Part shown: positions 62,727 through 64,000 of the stretch, piece after piece
How positions within the stretch are numbered: position 1 is the stretch's first letter
Layout of the letters: every line of letters starts with the position of its first letter
NCBI GenBank assembly: GCA_963827755.1
Contig: CAWHCQ010000010.1
Coordinates: forward strand, 1,999 to 65,998
Source: an uncultured Gammaproteobacteria bacterium
GTDB taxonomy: Bacteria > Pseudomonadota > Gammaproteobacteria > UBA9214
Direction of reading: 5' to 3'
DNA: 64,000 nt
Position numbers and translations under genes: made by a program
Notes under the pieces: generated by a model
Told to the model about the DNA's origin: nothing
Seen by the model: the letters and a program-made list of their open reading frames with translations, nothing else
Database searches by the model: none

Positions 62727-62886
62727 GTGAGAAGTGAGAAGTGATAAGTGAAGGGTGATAGAGTGAAGCGGAAGAACGCAGTACAATTACCTCTTCGATT
62801 TACCTTTTACTTCTCACTTCCGTACACTTCTCACTCTAACTTCTCACTTCTCACTTCTCACTTCTCACTTCTCACTTCTCACTTCA
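62727..62886. repeat. heptamer-hairpin element E8, lying between purH and purD
   Basis: Left arm 62727-62778 (GTGAGAA x2, GTGATAA, GTGAAGG...). Spacer with a GCGGAAGAACGC remnant. Right arm includes 6 perfect TCACTTC units (62844-62885). Confidence 0.93.
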
Positions 62887-62888
62887 TT

Positions 62889-64000
62889 TCAATGCCGAAA
62901 ATGCCGCATCCCGGTAAACACCATCGCAATATCATGTTCATCGGCCGCGGCAATCACCTCGTCATCGCGCATGGAGCCACCCGGCTCGATCACGGCGGCG
63001 ATACCGGCCTCGGCGGCCTGGTCGATGCCGTCGCGAAAGGGAAAGAAGGCATCCGAGGCCATCACCGAGCCCTTCACCTGCAGGCCTTCATCCGCGGCCT
63101 TCATCGCGGCCACTCGGGCGCTGTACACCCGGCTCATCTGGCCGGCGCCCACGCCGATGGTCATCTGGTCTTTACAATAGACGATGGCGTTCGACTTGAC
63201 GAACTTGGCCACCCGCCAGGCGAACAGCAGGTCCTGCATCTCCGCCGCCGTCGGGGCGCGTTGGGTGACCACCTTGAGTTCGGCTTGCGTGATCCTGCCG
63301 AGATCACGGTCCTGCACCAGCAGACCGCCGTTGACCCGCTTGAAATCCAGGCCGGCTTCGGATTCGGCCTCCCAGCTGCCGCATTCCAGCACGCGCACGT
63401 TCTTTTTTTCGGCCAGCACCGGCAAGGCGGCCGCCTCGATGATGGGTGCAATGATCACCTCGACAAACTGGCGCTCGATAATTGCCCTGGCGGTTGCCGC
63501 ATCCAGCGGCCGGTTGAAGGCAATGATGCCGCCGAACGCCGAGGTCGGGTCCGTCTTGAAGGCGCGCTCGTAGGCCTCGAACGGGCTGCCGGCCAGGGCA
63601 ACGCCGCAGGGATTGGCATGCTTGACGATCACGCAGGCCGGCGCCTCGCCGAATGATTTCACGCACTCCAGCGCGGCATCGGTGTCGGCCACGTTGTTAT
63701 AGGACAGTTCCTTGCCCTGGATCTGCCGGGCCGTGGACACCGAGACCTCGCCCTGCGCGTGTTCGACATAAAAAGCGGCACGCTGATGGGGATTCTCCCC
63801 GTAGCGCATGGTCTGCACCTGTCTGAACTGGAAATTGATGGTGCGCGGAAAGGCGCTGCGCTCGCCCGCACTGTCGATGGCCCCGAGGTAATTGGCTATC
63901 GCACCGTCATAGCGGGCGGTGTGCTCGAATGTTTTCACGGCCAGTGAATAGCGCGTGGCATCCGTGACCGCAGCCATCGTTGTGCTGCATCTCTTCCAGC
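62889..64000 (-). CDS. purH: bifunctional AICAR formyltransferase / IMP cyclohydrolase, C-terminal ~370 codons (5' end beyond the window; possible frameshift near 63975)
   Basis: [18 protein letters not shown] ... [12 protein letters not shown] ... [13 protein letters not shown] ... FTGMRHFRH. Upstream of 63977 the purH-like sequence (LEEMQHNDG) is in another frame. Confidence 0.93.
   Translation of the reverse strand, partial: WKRCSTTMAAVTDATRYSLAVKTFEHTARYDGAIANYLGAIDSAGERSAFPRTINFQFRQVQTMRYGENPHQRAAFYVEHAQGEVSVSTARQIQGKELSYNNVADTDAALECVKSFGEAPACVIVKHANPCGVALAGSPFEAYERAFKTDPTSAFGGIIAFNRPLDAATARAIIERQFVEVIIAPIIEAAALPVLAEKKNVRVLECGSWEAESEAGLDFKRVNGGLLVQDRDLGRITQAELKVVTQRAPTAAEMQDLLFAWRVAKFVKSNAIVYCKDQMTIGVGAGQMSRVYSARVAAMKAADEGLQVKGSVMASDAFFPFRDGIDQAAEAGIAAVIEPGGSMRDDEVIAAADEHDIAMVFTGMRHFRH

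Overview
GC-rich chromosomal segment with gammaproteobacterial gene content and synteny (rhlB-trxA-rho, rppH-ptsP, argC/bactofilin/erpA, purH-purD, gspCDEF). It carries about 60 protein genes, mostly housekeeping. These cover cell-wall recycling (M23 peptidase, anmK, ampD), arginine (argC, argA), ilvD, purines (purD, purH) and Fe-S handling (erpA, HesB-like, yggX). There is also a cobalamin uptake/salvage island (FecCD permease + ATPase, cobalamin riboswitch, btuB, tonB, PduO-type adenosyltransferase, BtuF-like binding protein). Other loci are a partial type II secretion cluster, a possibly Fur-controlled porin/FMN-binding/PepSY locus, a rhodanese + persulfide-dioxygenase-like pair, and a GGDEF-EAL protein. 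I saw no rRNA, tRNA, CRISPR, transposase, integrase or prophage genes. Two things stand out. (1) Eight copies (20.8-62.9 kb) of a composite intergenic element: a (GTGAGAA)n-like arm, a spacer that in five copies holds a conserved GCCACGGAATCCACG core or a remnant of it, and a reverse-complementary (TTCTCAC)n arm. These sit mostly at convergent gene ends, supply stop codons and -EK tails to flanking genes, and show a consistent strand asymmetry. I do not recognise this as a named repeat family. (2) An unusually high density of frameshifts (about 18, mostly behaving as +1 insertions) interrupts at least 11 genes, including rho and gspD. Several lie in short homopolymers, so sequencing error is the leading explanation, although they cluster in a few loci. 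Several distinct GTAG-headed REP/REPIN-like palindromes are also present.
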